This document shows positions 51,997 through 63,367 of a stretch of DNA of 64,000 nt, in pieces. Source of the stretch: an uncultured Actinomycetota bacterium (GTDB lineage Bacteria > Actinomycetota > Actinomycetes > JAHEKZ01); the NCBI GenBank assembly GCA_963743915.1, contig CAVURN010000001.1, positions 64,001 through 128,000 on the forward strand, read 5' to 3'. The number at the start of each line of letters is the position of its first letter. The stretch's first letter is position 1. The notes beneath the pieces are model-generated. The model was given only the letters and a program-made list of their open reading frames with translations. It had not been told where the DNA came from and made no database searches. The translations under genes and the position numbers were made by a program.

Positions 51997-52449
51997 CTAC
52001 TGCGGGCCGTGGAAAGGGGTCGTGAGCGGTCCTTCGTACTCGACCATCGAGTTCCGTGGTTCATCGTCGGCGTCCGCGACAGCCTCGCCACGCCACCCGG
52101 CAGGGGTCTGGCGGTCACGTCCGGTGAGCAGGTTGGTCCAGGACGCGTCGCCCTGCAACTCGTTGTTGACGGGTGGCCGCAGCTCGTGGATGTGCTCGCG
52201 CCAGGCCTTGGGCAGCAGGGGCAGGGTGCGACTGCGGTCCTCCGCCTTCACCCACACGCACCGCATCTCGGGGACGACCTCGCAGTGGCCGTCCTCGCGG
52301 ACGCCTCCGCACGGCCCGTTGCGGAGCGTCTTCGGGCACGTCATGGGGCAGGTCATGCCGGTGGAGTGCAGCACGCACTGACCGCACATGCGGCAGTCCC
52401 ACACGGGACCTTTGATCGCGTGCTCGATGAGCGGAAGGAGCTTGGCCAC
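51997..52449 (-). CDS. MetV-like methylenetetrahydrofolate reductase C-terminal/small-subunit protein
   Basis: CRMCGQC, CPMTCPK.LRNGPCGG, CEV..MRCVW Cys pattern. Confidence 0.82.
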   Translation of the reverse strand: MAKLLPLIEHAIKGPVWDCRMCGQCVLHSTGMTCPMTCPKTLRNGPCGGVREDGHCEVVPEMRCVWVKAEDRSRTLPLLPKAWREHIHELRPPVNNELQGDASWTNLLTGRDRQTPAGWRGEAVADADDEPRNSMVEYEGPLTTPFHGPQ

Positions 52450-52454
52450 GGACG

Positions 52455-53120
52455 TCAGGCGTTGGCCAGGGAGCGGCGGTGGCCGAGGAGCTCTTTGGCG
52501 CGGCGGACCGCGGTGGAGGCGTCAGCGGCGTACCCGTCAGCGCCGACCGCGTCGGCGTACTCCTGGGTCACCGGAGCACCCCCGACCATCACGATCACCT
52601 GATCACGCAACCCCGCCTTCTCCAACGCGTTGATGTTCGCCTTGAACATCGGCATCGTCGTGGTCAAGAACGCACTGAACCCCACAATGTCCGGGCGGTG
52701 CTCGGTGATCGCCTCCACGAACTTCTCCGGCGCCACCTGCACCCCCAGGTCGATCACCTCGAACCCCGCCCCCTCCAACATGATGTTCACCAAGTTCTTC
52801 CCGATGTCATGCACATCCCCCTTCACCGTGCCCATCAAGAACTTGCCCACCGTCTCCGCACCCGTGGCCGCCAACAACGGACGCAACACGTCCAACGCCC
52901 CACTCATCGCCTTACCCGCGATCAACATCTCCGGCACGAAGAAATCACCACGCTCGAACCGCGCCCCCACCTCCTCCAAAGACGGGATCAACGCCTCGAA
53001 CAACAACGTCTCCGGATCCATCCCCAACCCCAGACCCGCATTCGTCAGCTCCAACACCGCCGGCGCATTCCCCACCAACGTCTCATCGAACAGACCCTTC
53101 AAGATCTCCTCAGGCGTCAT
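52455..53120 (-). CDS. Corrinoid (B12-binding) protein of a methyltransferase system
   Basis: Cap domain F.PEML, then GDVHDIGKNLV (DxHxxG), SAFLTTT, VGGAP. Confidence 0.94.
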   Translation of the reverse strand: MTPEEILKGLFDETLVGNAPAVLELTNAGLGLGMDPETLLFEALIPSLEEVGARFERGDFFVPEMLIAGKAMSGALDVLRPLLAATGAETVGKFLMGTVKGDVHDIGKNLVNIMLEGAGFEVIDLGVQVAPEKFVEAITEHRPDIVGFSAFLTTTMPMFKANINALEKAGLRDQVIVMVGGAPVTQEYADAVGADGYAADASTAVRRAKELLGHRRSLANA

Positions 53121-53893
53121 GCGACACCGACCTTCCGGTTGCGGGGGCGTTCGGTGGGATCCAGGCCGCGCGAGATGGCACGTGTCTCGGTGATGAGCAG
53201 GCGACCGACCCCCGCGATGCGGTTGCCGGTCAGACGAACGGACGGGCCGGTGACCGAGACGGCCGCCACGACGGCTCCGTCGCTGTCGGTGACCGGCGCG
53301 GCAATCGCCACGAGGCCGGGCTCGAGCTCGTTGTCGGCGACGGCGTAGCCGCGGCGACGGACTCCGTCCAGGTCGGCCTGCAGCCGCTCGTGGGTCGTGA
53401 GGGTGCGGTCGGTGCGTCGCTCGAGCCGGCCGCGCGGAACCGGGGTGGCGCCGTAGGCAAGGAACACTTTTCCGAGCGCCGAGCAGTGGAAGGGCACCTC
53501 GCGTCCGACCCAGTTGACGGCGCCGAGCAGGAACCGCGAGTCGACCTGAGCGATCTGCTCGACCGCGGTCGGGCCGGGAACGGCGAGGTTGACCGTTTCT
53601 CCGGTGAGCTCGCCCAGGCGGGCCAAGTGGGGCTGGGCCAGCCGCAGCAGGGCGTCGGCGCGTCCGGAACCTGCGTAGCGCGCGAGCACCGGTCCAGGGC
53701 GCACCGAGGCGTCGCTGCCCCGGCGGACCAGGCCGTGCCGCTCGAGGCTGGTCAGGATGCGCGACGCGGTGCTCTTGGGGAGCTCGGCGCTGGCAGCGAG
53801 CTCGGCGAAGGGCACCGGCCGATCTGCCTGGAGCACGGTGACGAGCAGGGTCGACGCACGGTCGACCGCCTGGGTGCCGGTGGGTGTCGCCAT
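53117..53893 (-). CDS. IclR family regulator
   Basis: QAVDRA, LPKSTASRIL HTH, GETVNL, HCSALGK, IAAPV, SVTGP. Confidence 0.92.
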   Translation of the reverse strand: MATPTGTQAVDRASTLLVTVLQADRPVPFAELAASAELPKSTASRILTSLERHGLVRRGSDASVRPGPVLARYAGSGRADALLRLAQPHLARLGELTGETVNLAVPGPTAVEQIAQVDSRFLLGAVNWVGREVPFHCSALGKVFLAYGATPVPRGRLERRTDRTLTTHERLQADLDGVRRRGYAVADNELEPGLVAIAAPVTDSDGAVVAAVSVTGPSVRLTGNRIAGVGRLLITETRAISRGLDPTERPRNRKVGVA

Positions 53894-53944
53894 GGTGGGT
53901 CCTTCGTCGGGGTGGTGCCGGGTCGATCAGGGACGGTCACACGG

Positions 53945-53995
53945 AAATGGAACATCGAGTTCTACGATATGGAACCCCCGTTCCACGGATGGATA
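53945..53995. promoter_or_regulatory. Candidate IclR operators in the divergent iclR/mttB promoter
   Basis: GTTCTACGATATGGAAC 53959-53975, GTTCCACGGATGGATA 53980-53995 and an extra ATGGAAC half-site. Confidence 0.5.
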
Positions 53996-54065
53996 GTAGG
54001 ATTCCGACGCCCGGCCGGTCAAGGGATCGCGCCGTACTCGCTTCCGTGCCCTGGGAGGGTGATCG

Positions 54066-55505
54066 ATGTTCGTCAACCGGATGCCGCGCTACGAGATCCT
54101 GTCCGAGGACTCGATGGCCACGCTTGACCGCGGGTGGCGGCGCATCGTCAGTGAGATCGGCGTCGAGTTCATGAAGCCCGAGGCGGTCGAGATGTTCCGG
54201 GCCGCGGGGCAGGAGGTCGACGGCGACAACGTCAAGTTCGACCCCGAGTGGATCCTTGCCCAGGTGGCCAAGGCGCCGCGCGAGTTCGACCTGCAGGCAC
54301 GTAACCACGCCAACGACGTGCACATCGGCGGCGACCACATGGTCTTCTCGAGCGTCTACGGCCCGCCCTTTGTCCGCGACGGCGACGTGCGTCGGGACGC
54401 GACGCTCGAGGACTACCGCAACTTCGCCAAGCTGGCTCAGAGCTTCTCGGCGATGGACAGCGTCGGTGGCGTGGTGGCCGAGCCCAACGACGCCCCGCTC
54501 GACAGCCGTCACCTCGACATGCTCTACGCGACCATGACGCTGACGGACAAGATCTACATGGGCAACGTGGTGAGTGGCGTCAACGCCCGGGACACCATCG
54601 CCATGAGCGAGATCGTCTTCGGCGGCCGCGAGGCGATCGAGCAGACTCCGACGTCCATCTCGCTGATCAACTGCAACTCGCCGCTCCGCTGGGACGACCG
54701 CATGCTCGACGCCCAGTTCGAGTACTCGGCCGCCAACCAGCCGGTGATCCTCACGCCGTTCCTGCTCATGGGAGCGATGTCGCCGGTCACCATCCCGGCT
54801 GCGCTCGTCCAGCAGATCGCCGAGGCCCTCACAGGTATCGCCCTCAGCCAGCTGATTCGACCAGGTGCGCCGGTGGTCTTCGGTTCGTTCCTTTCCAACA
54901 TCGACATGCAGTCCGGGTCCCCCCAGTTCGGCACGCCGGAGTCGGCGATCGGGCTGCTCTGCACCGGCCAGATCGCCCGGCACTTCGGGCTGCCGTTCCG
55001 TGGCGGCGGCGGGCTCAACTCCTCGCAGGTGCCCGACGCCCAGGCGGCGTGGGAGGCGCTCATGACGATGATGCCGACGTTCCTGTCGGGCACGAACTTC
55101 GTGATGCACACCGCCGGCTGGCTCGAGGGCGGGCTCGTGTCCTGCTTCGAGAAGTACGTGATGGACGTGCAGGTGCTCGAGCTGCTCCAGAAGGAGTTCA
55201 CGCCGCTCGAGATCACCGAGGAGGACCTCGCCTTCGACGCCCACCTCGAGGTGGGCCACGGCGGTCACTTCCTCGGCGCCATGCACACGATGGAGCGCTT
55301 CCGCACCTGCTTCTACCGGCCCTGGCTGTCGACGTCGGACAACTTCGAGCGGTGGTCGCGCAACGGGGCGAAGGACACCGCCGCACGTGCGACGGAGATC
55401 TACCACCAGAAGATCGAGGAGTACGAGCAGCCTCCGCTCGACGACGCCGTCCGCGAGGAGCTCGAGGACTACGTCATCCGCCGCCGCGCCGAGCTCGGCG
55501 ACTGA
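54066..55505 (+). CDS. mttB: Non-pyrrolysine trimethylamine methyltransferase (MttB superfamily), probable glycine betaine:corrinoid methyltransferase
   Basis: NCNSPLRWD, GAMSPVT, DMQSGSPQFGTPE, PDAQAAWE, HTAGWLEGG; no in-frame TAG. Confidence 0.9.
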   Translation: MFVNRMPRYEILSEDSMATLDRGWRRIVSEIGVEFMKPEAVEMFRAAGQEVDGDNVKFDPEWILAQVAKAPREFDLQARNHANDVHIGGDHMVFSSVYGPPFVRDGDVRRDATLEDYRNFAKLAQSFSAMDSVGGVVAEPNDAPLDSRHLDMLYATMTLTDKIYMGNVVSGVNARDTIAMSEIVFGGREAIEQTPTSISLINCNSPLRWDDRMLDAQFEYSAANQPVILTPFLLMGAMSPVTIPAALVQQIAEALTGIALSQLIRPGAPVVFGSFLSNIDMQSGSPQFGTPESAIGLLCTGQIARHFGLPFRGGGGLNSSQVPDAQAAWEALMTMMPTFLSGTNFVMHTAGWLEGGLVSCFEKYVMDVQVLELLQKEFTPLEITEEDLAFDAHLEVGHGGHFLGAMHTMERFRTCFYRPWLSTSDNFERWSRNGAKDTAARATEIYHQKIEEYEQPPLDDAVREELEDYVIRRRAELGD

Positions 55506-55529
55506 CTGAGCAGGTAACCGCCCAGCCCA

Positions 55530-55790
55530 CCGAGTGCGCGGCTGGTGGACGTCAAAGCCTGCCGAGTGCGCCCCTGGCTGCGTGCGGAGCAAGTCGAGTG
55601 CGCGCAGCGCACACGACGTCGCGGAGGAGCAGCCAGGGACGCACTCGGCTGCGGGGCACACGTGCCGCCGCCGACGTGGCCCGGTGCGGATGATGCTGCT
55701 GGAAGTGCCGCCATGGCGTCACTTCTCGCTACAACTCTGCGCGCACTCGACGCGCTCCACGCAGCCAGTGACGCACTCGGCTGCGGGGCA
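55530..55790. repeat. Cluster of nested CGAGTGCG/CGCACTCG REP-like repeats
   Basis: About 47-bp imperfect IR 55561-55607 / 55737-55781; 30-bp direct repeat 55629-55658 / 55761-55790. Confidence 0.7.
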
Positions 55791-55798
55791 GGCAGGAA

Positions 55799-55836
55799 GT
55801 GAGGGGCCCGGTGGCGGTTGCCACCGGGCCCCTCAC
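55799..55836 (-). terminator. Intrinsic terminator-like hairpin after the substrate-binding gene (possibly bidirectional)
   Basis: Perfect 17-bp stem GTGAGGGGCCCGGTGGC / GCCACCGGGCCCCTCAC with a 4-nt loop. Confidence 0.7.
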
Positions 55837-55858
55837 GTCTGCTGGATCGATCAGATGA

Positions 55859-56830
55859 CTAGGGCAGCCAGGCCTCGACCTTGTCGGGGTTGTCGTCGAT
55901 CCACATCTGGGCTGCCTCTTCTTGAGACATCCCGTCCTCGGCGATGTACTTCGCGACCAGGTTCTGGTCGTCGTTCGTCCACTCGAAGTTCTGGACGAGG
56001 TCGGCGGCCGGGCTGCCGGACTCCATGAACTCCTTGCTGGCGATCTTGTCGAGGATGTACTCGGGGTAGTCACACGCGACCGTCTTCGGGTCGGCGTCGC
56101 AGCCCTCTTCGTAGGGCGGCAGGCTGACCTTGACGAGCGGAACCTCGGAGAGGAACCACTGCGGCTCGTAGAAGTACCCGATCAGGTACTCCTGGTTCTC
56201 CTCGGCCTGTCGGAACGCAGTGATCAGCGCTGCCTCGCTGCCGGCGTACACCACCTTGAAGTCGAGGTCGAGGTTCTCGATCAGCGCCTCGTCGTTGGTG
56301 ACGAATGACGGGTCACCGGCGAGGAACTGGCCCTGACCACCGGACTCCGACGTGGCGAACTCGTCGGCGTAGTCGTTGAGGTTCTCCCAGTCGAGCACGT
56401 CGGGCTCGGCCTCGGCCAGCCACGGCGGCACGTACCAGCCGATGTAGCCGATGTTGCCGTTCGGGCCGACCACGACTGCGGTTCCCTGGTCCTCGATGTA
56501 CTTCTTCTTGAGGTCCTCGTGACCCCAGTTCTCGATGACGACATCGACCTCGCCGGTGCCGAAGCCCTGCCAGGCGATCTCCTCCTTGAGGTCCTTGTAC
56601 CGGTGTCGCAGCCGAGCTCCTGGCTCGGCCACCTCGCCGACGACGTAGGCCGACGCCTCGTAGCCGACCCAGGGGTTGATCGCCATGTTGAACTCGCCGC
56701 AGTCGGCGGTTCCACCGTCGCCGCCGGTGTCGGTGCTCTCGATGTCCCCGCCGCCACAGGCGGCCAGGACCAGGCTGACGGCAGCCGCCATGGCTGCCGC
56801 GCGTCCGGCCCGTCTCTTGGTTACTCGCAC
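55859..56830 (-). CDS. Glycine betaine/choline ABC transporter substrate-binding lipoprotein (ProX/OpuAC-like); compensating indels near 56600-56625
   Basis: AAGGAG RBS, LAAC lipobox, NPWVGY, ENW, GWYVP, YFYEPQW. Confidence 0.87.
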   Translation of the reverse strand: MRVTKRRAGRAAAMAAAVSLVLAACGGGDIESTDTGGDGGTADCGEFNMAINPWVGYEASAYVVGEVAEPGARLRHRYKDLKEEIAWQGFGTGEVDVVIENWGHEDLKKKYIEDQGTAVVVGPNGNIGYIGWYVPPWLAEAEPDVLDWENLNDYADEFATSESGGQGQFLAGDPSFVTNDEALIENLDLDFKVVYAGSEAALITAFRQAEENQEYLIGYFYEPQWFLSEVPLVKVSLPPYEEGCDADPKTVACDYPEYILDKIASKEFMESGSPAADLVQNFEWTNDDQNLVAKYIAEDGMSQEEAAQMWIDDNPDKVEAWLP

Positions 56831-56871
56831 TCTTTGCTCCTTCTGTCGGGCCGCGGTCCTGCGGCTTGGGG

Positions 56872-58888
56872 TCAAGCGGTCTCGGCCCGCCCGTAGCGGG
56901 CGGCGGTGTGGACGGTGATGCGGTCGAGCATGACGCCCAGCGCGGTGATCGCGATGCCTGCAGCGAGGCCCTTGCCGAACAGCTGGGCCTGGGAGAAGCC
57001 GGCGACCACCAGGTAGCCGAGTCCGCCTCCCCCGACCAGTCCACCGATGACGACCATCGAGAGCACGAAGAGCAGGCCCTGGTTGGCGGACAGCACCATC
57101 GAGCCGCGAGACATCGGCAGCTGGACCTTGCCGATCATCTGCCACCTGTTGGTGCCGGCCGACTCCGCCGCCTCGACGGTGGTCGGAGAGACACCGCGGA
57201 TGCCGTCGGCGGCGATCTTGATGGCGACCGGTGCGGCGTAGGCGACCGCGGCCACGATGGCGAGGAACCGGCCAGCGCCGAAGAGCGCCAGAGCGGGGAT
57301 GAGGTACACGAAGGCGGGCAGGGTCTGCAGCATGTCGAGCACGGGTCGGATGAGGGCATCCACCCGCCGGCTGCGCCCCATCCATACGCCGACCACGACG
57401 CCGATGGACATGGTCATGAGAGCGGCGAGCAGCGTCATGGCGAGCGTCACCATGGAGTCGTACCAGAGCCCGGTGCCGAGGATGATCGCCAGCATGACCA
57501 CTGTGGCCCCAGAGCCCGACGGCCGCCCAGCAGGAAGGCGATGGCCAGGATCGCGAGCCGCGGTGATGAACCAAGGTGACTCGGCCAGCAGGTCCTGAAG
57601 CGGGTTCAGCAGGAGTGTTGGTCACGAAGTCCTTGATCCACTGGGTGATGTCGCGGAACGTGTCGACGAACCACTCGGAGAAGTCGTTGACCCCATCGGC
57701 GAGGGAGTCGCCCCAGTTCCAGTCGTCCGGGAACTCGGCGCAGCTGCAGGCTACTGGCGGGACAGGAAGACGCCGACGATCGCGATGCCACGCCGCCGCC
57801 GATGAGCATGATGCGCCGGAGCTGGGCGTTCTCGCGCCGGCGAGCCGCGGCCTCGGCGCGTTCTCCGGCGGCCGTGGTCATCCGGTCGAGCATGATCGCC
57901 AGGAGCACGAGGCAGAGGCCGGCGACAAAGGCACGCACCGACGTTCAGGATCTGCAGCGCCTTGAGATCGGGCACCCCGAGACCGGGGCCGTTGATCAGC
58001 GCGGCGATGACCGCCATCGACAAGGCCGCCATCGTGGTCTGGTTGAGACCCACCAGGATCGTGCGACGCGCCATGGGCAGCTGCACCTTGCGCAGCTGCT
58101 GTGCTGTCGGTCGAGCCGAGCGAGGTCGGTGGCCTCGATGGTCGTCGGTGAGACGGTCCGCAGACCGTGGGCGGAGATCCGCACCAATGGCGGCAGCGCG
58201 TAGATCAGCGTGGTCACGACGGCAGCGGCGGGACCGATGCCGAAGAAGAGCGCCAGCGGAGCCAGGTAGGCGAACGACGGCATGGTCTGCATCACGTCGA
58301 GCACCGGCGTGAGCGCCGCAGTTGCCGCCTTGCTGCGACTCATCCAGATCCCGAGCGGGATCCCGATCAGGACGCAGACCGCCACGGAGACCCCGGTGAT
58401 GATGAGCGTGTCGACGGTGTCTTCCCAGTAGCCGAGCGTGCCGCAGATCACCAGCGCGCCGGCCACGAGCAGTGCGCTTCGGACGCCGGCGATGGCGAGT
58501 GCCACCCAGGTCGAGATGGCCACGAGCCCGAGCCAGCCGATCACCGGTACCGGGCGCCCGTAGGCGGGGTCGACGAAGAGCTTCTGGAAGAACTCGACGA
58601 CCCAGTTGAAGGTCTCGCTGATCCAGTCGAAGGGGAGGAAGAGCGGGCTGCCCTCGAACTTGGCCTGGTCGACCCAGTCACGGACGTCGTTGAGCCAGAG
58701 CTGGAAGGAGTTGAGCTCAGCGACCGGGACCTGGAGAGTCCATTTGCCCCTCGAGCAGGAAGTAGCCGACCACGATCCAAGCGACCACCACGCCGAGCAG
58801 CAGCCACCAACGGCTGATCGCCTGGCGCTCGTGCCGGCTGGTGCTCCAGCGGCGTCTGCGGGTGCTCGATCTCGGCGAGCTGCGATCG

Positions 58889-58892
<4 letters not shown>
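56872..58892 (-). CDS. Glycine betaine ABC permease with two tandem ProW-like domains; multiple frameshifts
   Basis: [14 protein letters not shown] and [14 protein letters not shown], two VQLPM / NQ motifs spread over several frames. Confidence 0.78.
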
Positions 58893-59960
<1,068 letters not shown>

Positions 59961-59964
<4 letters not shown>

Positions 59965-61665
59965 GACGCGACTCCCTCGTTGTTGCGTGGGTCACCCGGT
60001 GGGTAGAGCGGAGTGCCCTCGCGGTAGCGGTAGAACGGCGCCTCCGACGGCGGAAGTGGGGTGTTGCCGGCGATCAGGTCGGCAGCCTTCTCGGCGAGCA
60101 TCATCACCGGGGCGTAGATGTTGCCGTTCGTGACGTAGGGGAACGAGCTGGCGTCGACGACCCGCAGCCCGTCGACGTCGTAGACGCTCATGCTGGTCGG
60201 GTCAAGCACGGCATCGTCGCCGACGCCCATCTTGGCGGTGCAGGAGGGGTGCAGCGCTGTCTCCGCGTCGTCGCGCACCCACTCGAGGATCTCGTCCTCG
60301 GTCTCGACGCCCTTGCCGGGCGAGAGCTCGCCGGCGTTGAACGGGTCGAACGCGGGCTGCGTGAGGATGGTGCGAGCCACCTGCACCGCCTCGACCCACT
60401 CGCGCTTGTCCTGGTCGGTCGACAGGTAGTTGAACTGCATCGACGGGTGCTCCAGCGGGTCCGTCGAGCGGATCTTCACCCAGCCGCGGGCGTCGGAGTA
60501 CATCGGACCGATGTGCACCTGGTATCCGTGCCCCTTGGTTGGCGAGGTGCCGTCGTAGCGGATGGCGATGGGCAGGAAGTGGAACATCAGGTTGGGGTAG
60601 TCGACGTCGTCGTTGCTGCGGCAGAAGCCGCCGCCCTCGAAGTGGTTGGTGGCGCCGAGGCCCTTGCGTGCGAAGAGCCACTGGGCGCCGATGCCGGGAC
60701 GCTTCCACCAGGCGAGCCCGGGAGCGATCGAGACGGGCAGCTTGCTGGAGTACTGGATGTAGACCTCGAGGTGGTCCTGCAGGTTGGCCCCCACGCCCGG
60801 TAGGTCGGCGACCACGTCGATCCCCGAGCGACCGCAGGTGCTCGGCATCGCCGACGCCGGAGAGCTGCATCAGCTGCGGGGTGTTGATGGCACCGCCGCA
60901 GAGGATGACCTCGCCGGCCTGCACGGAGCGCTTCATCTTGCCGGCCCGCAGGTACTCGACGCCGACCGCGCGCTTGCCGTCGAAGACCACCTTGGTGGCG
61001 TGCGCGAGCGTCTCGACGTCGAGGTTCTTGCGGTTCATGACCGGGTGCAGGTACGCACGCGCCGCGCTGAGCCGGCGTCCCCGGTGGATGTTGCGGTCGA
61101 ACTTGGCGAAACCCTCCTGTCGGTACCCGTTGACGTCGTCGGTGAGCGGGTAGCCGGCCTGCTGCGCCGCCTCGAAGAACGCCCCGAAGAGCGGGTTGGT
61201 CGCCGGACCGCGCTCCAGGACGAGGGGGCCGCTGCCGCCACGCCAGTCGTCCGCCCCGGCCAGGCACGTCTCCATGCGCTTGAAGTAGGGGAGGCAGTGG
61301 GCGAAGTCCCAGGTCTCCATGCCCTTGTCGGCGCCCCAGCGCTCGTAGTCCATGGGGTTGCCGCGCTGGAAGATCATGCCGTTGATGCTGCTCGAGCCGC
61401 CGAGCACCTTGCCGCGCGCGTGGAAGATGCGGCGGTTGTTCATGTACGGCTCGGGGTCGGTCTCGTACCGCCAGTCGTAGAGCCGACTGCCGATGGGGAA
61501 CGGCAGGGCGGCCGGCATGTGGATGAACGGGTCGAAGATGAAGTCAGACCGCCCCGCCTCGAGCACGAGCACCGAGGTGGAGGGGTCGGCGCTGAGCCGG
61601 TTGGCGATCGCCGACCCGGCCGAGCCGCCGCCGACGATGACGTAGTCGTACCGGTCGCCGCTCAT
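59961..61665 (-). CDS. betA: Choline dehydrogenase (GMC oxidoreductase); one frameshift near 60825
   Basis: [22 protein letters not shown], then [26 protein letters not shown]. Confidence 0.9.
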
Positions 61666-61700
61666 CTGTCCTCCGTGGGGGTGAGGGTCGGTTCGGTCAC

Positions 61701-63170
61701 TCAGCCACCGAACCAGTGCTGGGCGGCCGGCGCGAGGTTGCGCCAGACGTGCTTGGTCTCGCGGTACTCGGCAAGCCCGTGCAGGCCGAGCTCACGCCCG
61801 AAGCCGGACTGCTTGTATCCGCCCCACTCCGCCTGCGGGACGTAGGGGTGGAAGTCGTTGATCCAGACGGTGCCGGCACGGAGGCCGGACGCTACGCGAT
61901 CGGCCTTCGCGTCGTCGGAGGTCCACACCGCCCCGGCCAGGCCGTAGTCGGTGTCGTTGGCGAGCCGCAGGGCCTCGGCCTCGTCGGTGAACGTCTCGAC
62001 GGTCATCACCGGGCCGAACGACTCCTCGCGGACCACCGTCATCTCCGGTGTGCAGCGGTCGAGGATCGTGGGGAGGTAGTAGAAGCCGTTGGCGAGCTCG
62101 GGGGCGTCCGGCCGCGTGCCGCCGCAGCGCAGCTCGGCACCCTCGTCCACCCCGGCGGCGACGTACGCCTCGACCTTCGCCCGGTGCGCCTCGGAGATGA
62201 GCGGGCCGGTCTCCGCCCGCTCATCGAACGGGCCGCCGACCCGGATGGTGGAGGCGCGACGCACGAGCTCGTCGACGAACTCGTCGTGGATCGACTCCTC
62301 GACCAGCAGGCGGGCGCCGGCCGAGCACACCTGACCGGAGTGGAGGAACACCGCCGTGAGCGCCATGTCGAGCGCCGCCTCGCGGTCGGCGTCGGCGAAG
62401 ACGATGTTCGGGTTCTTGCCGCCGAGCTCGAGCGCGACCTTCTTCACGGTGGGCGCGGCGGCCGCCATGAGGATCCGACCGGTCGACAAGCCCCCGGTGA
62501 ACGACACGAGATCGACGTCGTGGTGCGTCGACAGCAACGCGCCCACCGCCGGGCCAGTGCCCAGCACGAGGTTGCCCGCGCCGGCGGGCAGGCCGGCCTC
62601 CGCCAGCTCGCGCATCAGCAGGATCGCGGTGGACGGCGTCAGCTCGCTGGGCTTGAGGACGAACGTGTTGCCCGCGGCCAGGGCGGGCGCCACCTTCCAC
62701 GACGTCTGCAGGAGCGGGTAGTTCCACGGCGTGATCAACCCGCAGACGCCGACCGGCTCGTGCACCACGCGGCTGCGCACATCGGTGCGGCCGAGCTCGA
62801 TCTCGCGGTCGGAGTCCTCGGCGGCCAGCTTCGCGTAGTAGCGGAACACGGCGATGATGTCGTCCATGTCGTACTGGCTCTCGACCAGCCGCTTGCCGGT
62901 GTCGAGGGACTCCGCGCGGGCGAACTCGTCGCGGTGGCGCTCGAGGGCGTCGGCGACCCGGTCCAGCAGGGCGCCTCGCTCGGCCGGGCTGGTGCGCGGC
63001 CACGGCCCGTGGTCGAAGGCCGTCCGTGCTGCGGCGATCGCCGCCTCGGTGTCGTCGGCCGTCCCCTCGTCGACGGTGGCCACCAGGGAGCCGTCGGCCG
63101 GGCACCGGATCTCACGGGTGCCGCCCAGCTGGGCGCCGGTCCACGTGCCGTCGATGAAGAAGTCGGCCAC
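61701..63170 (-). CDS. betB: Betaine aldehyde dehydrogenase
   Basis: [44 protein letters not shown]; directly upstream of betA. Confidence 0.88.
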   Translation of the reverse strand: MADFFIDGTWTGAQLGGTREIRCPADGSLVATVDEGTADDTEAAIAAARTAFDHGPWPRTSPAERGALLDRVADALERHRDEFARAESLDTGKRLVESQYDMDDIIAVFRYYAKLAAEDSDREIELGRTDVRSRVVHEPVGVCGLITPWNYPLLQTSWKVAPALAAGNTFVLKPSELTPSTAILLMRELAEAGLPAGAGNLVLGTGPAVGALLSTHHDVDLVSFTGGLSTGRILMAAAAPTVKKVALELGGKNPNIVFADADREAALDMALTAVFLHSGQVCSAGARLLVEESIHDEFVDELVRRASTIRVGGPFDERAETGPLISEAHRAKVEAYVAAGVDEGAELRCGGTRPDAPELANGFYYLPTILDRCTPEMTVVREESFGPVMTVETFTDEAEALRLANDTDYGLAGAVWTSDDAKADRVASGLRAGTVWINDFHPYVPQAEWGGYKQSGFGRELGLHGLAEYRETKHVWRNLAPAAQHWFGG

Positions 63171-63256
63171 AGCACTCCCCTCGGTTGGGGGCCGGTCGGG
63201 GCGAGGGCGAGCGCGACGGCGCTGGCCGGGCGTCCTCCCCGGCTGATGTGGGCCCC

Positions 63257-63285
63257 ACAATGGTGAGCCCCTGGTGGGCCGTCAA
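63257..63285 (-). promoter_or_regulatory. Putative sigmaA promoter of the betB operon
   Basis: Minus-strand TTGACG-N17-CATTGT. Confidence 0.4.
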
Positions 63286-63367
63286 GGGTTTGTTGCGGGC
63301 CCGTGACATCCGCCCACCTCTGTTCCACCCAGCGGTTCGCCCCTGGTCACGGGCCTAGGCTGGCGCT

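Noticed and set aside
53894-54065. Cobalamin or SAM riboswitch in front of the methyltransferase genes
   Set aside because: No B12 box or SAM-I/IV core was recognisable by eye and the gap is occupied by operator-like palindromes; a cmscan would be decisive.
54066-55505. Pyrrolysine read-through in mttB
   Set aside because: The ORF is uninterrupted and the equivalent position appears to be Trp (AGWLEGG); no pyl genes are present.
55530-55790. Possible CRISPR array
   Set aside because: Repeats are in both orientations with irregular spacing and there are no cas genes; this fits a REP-like cluster.
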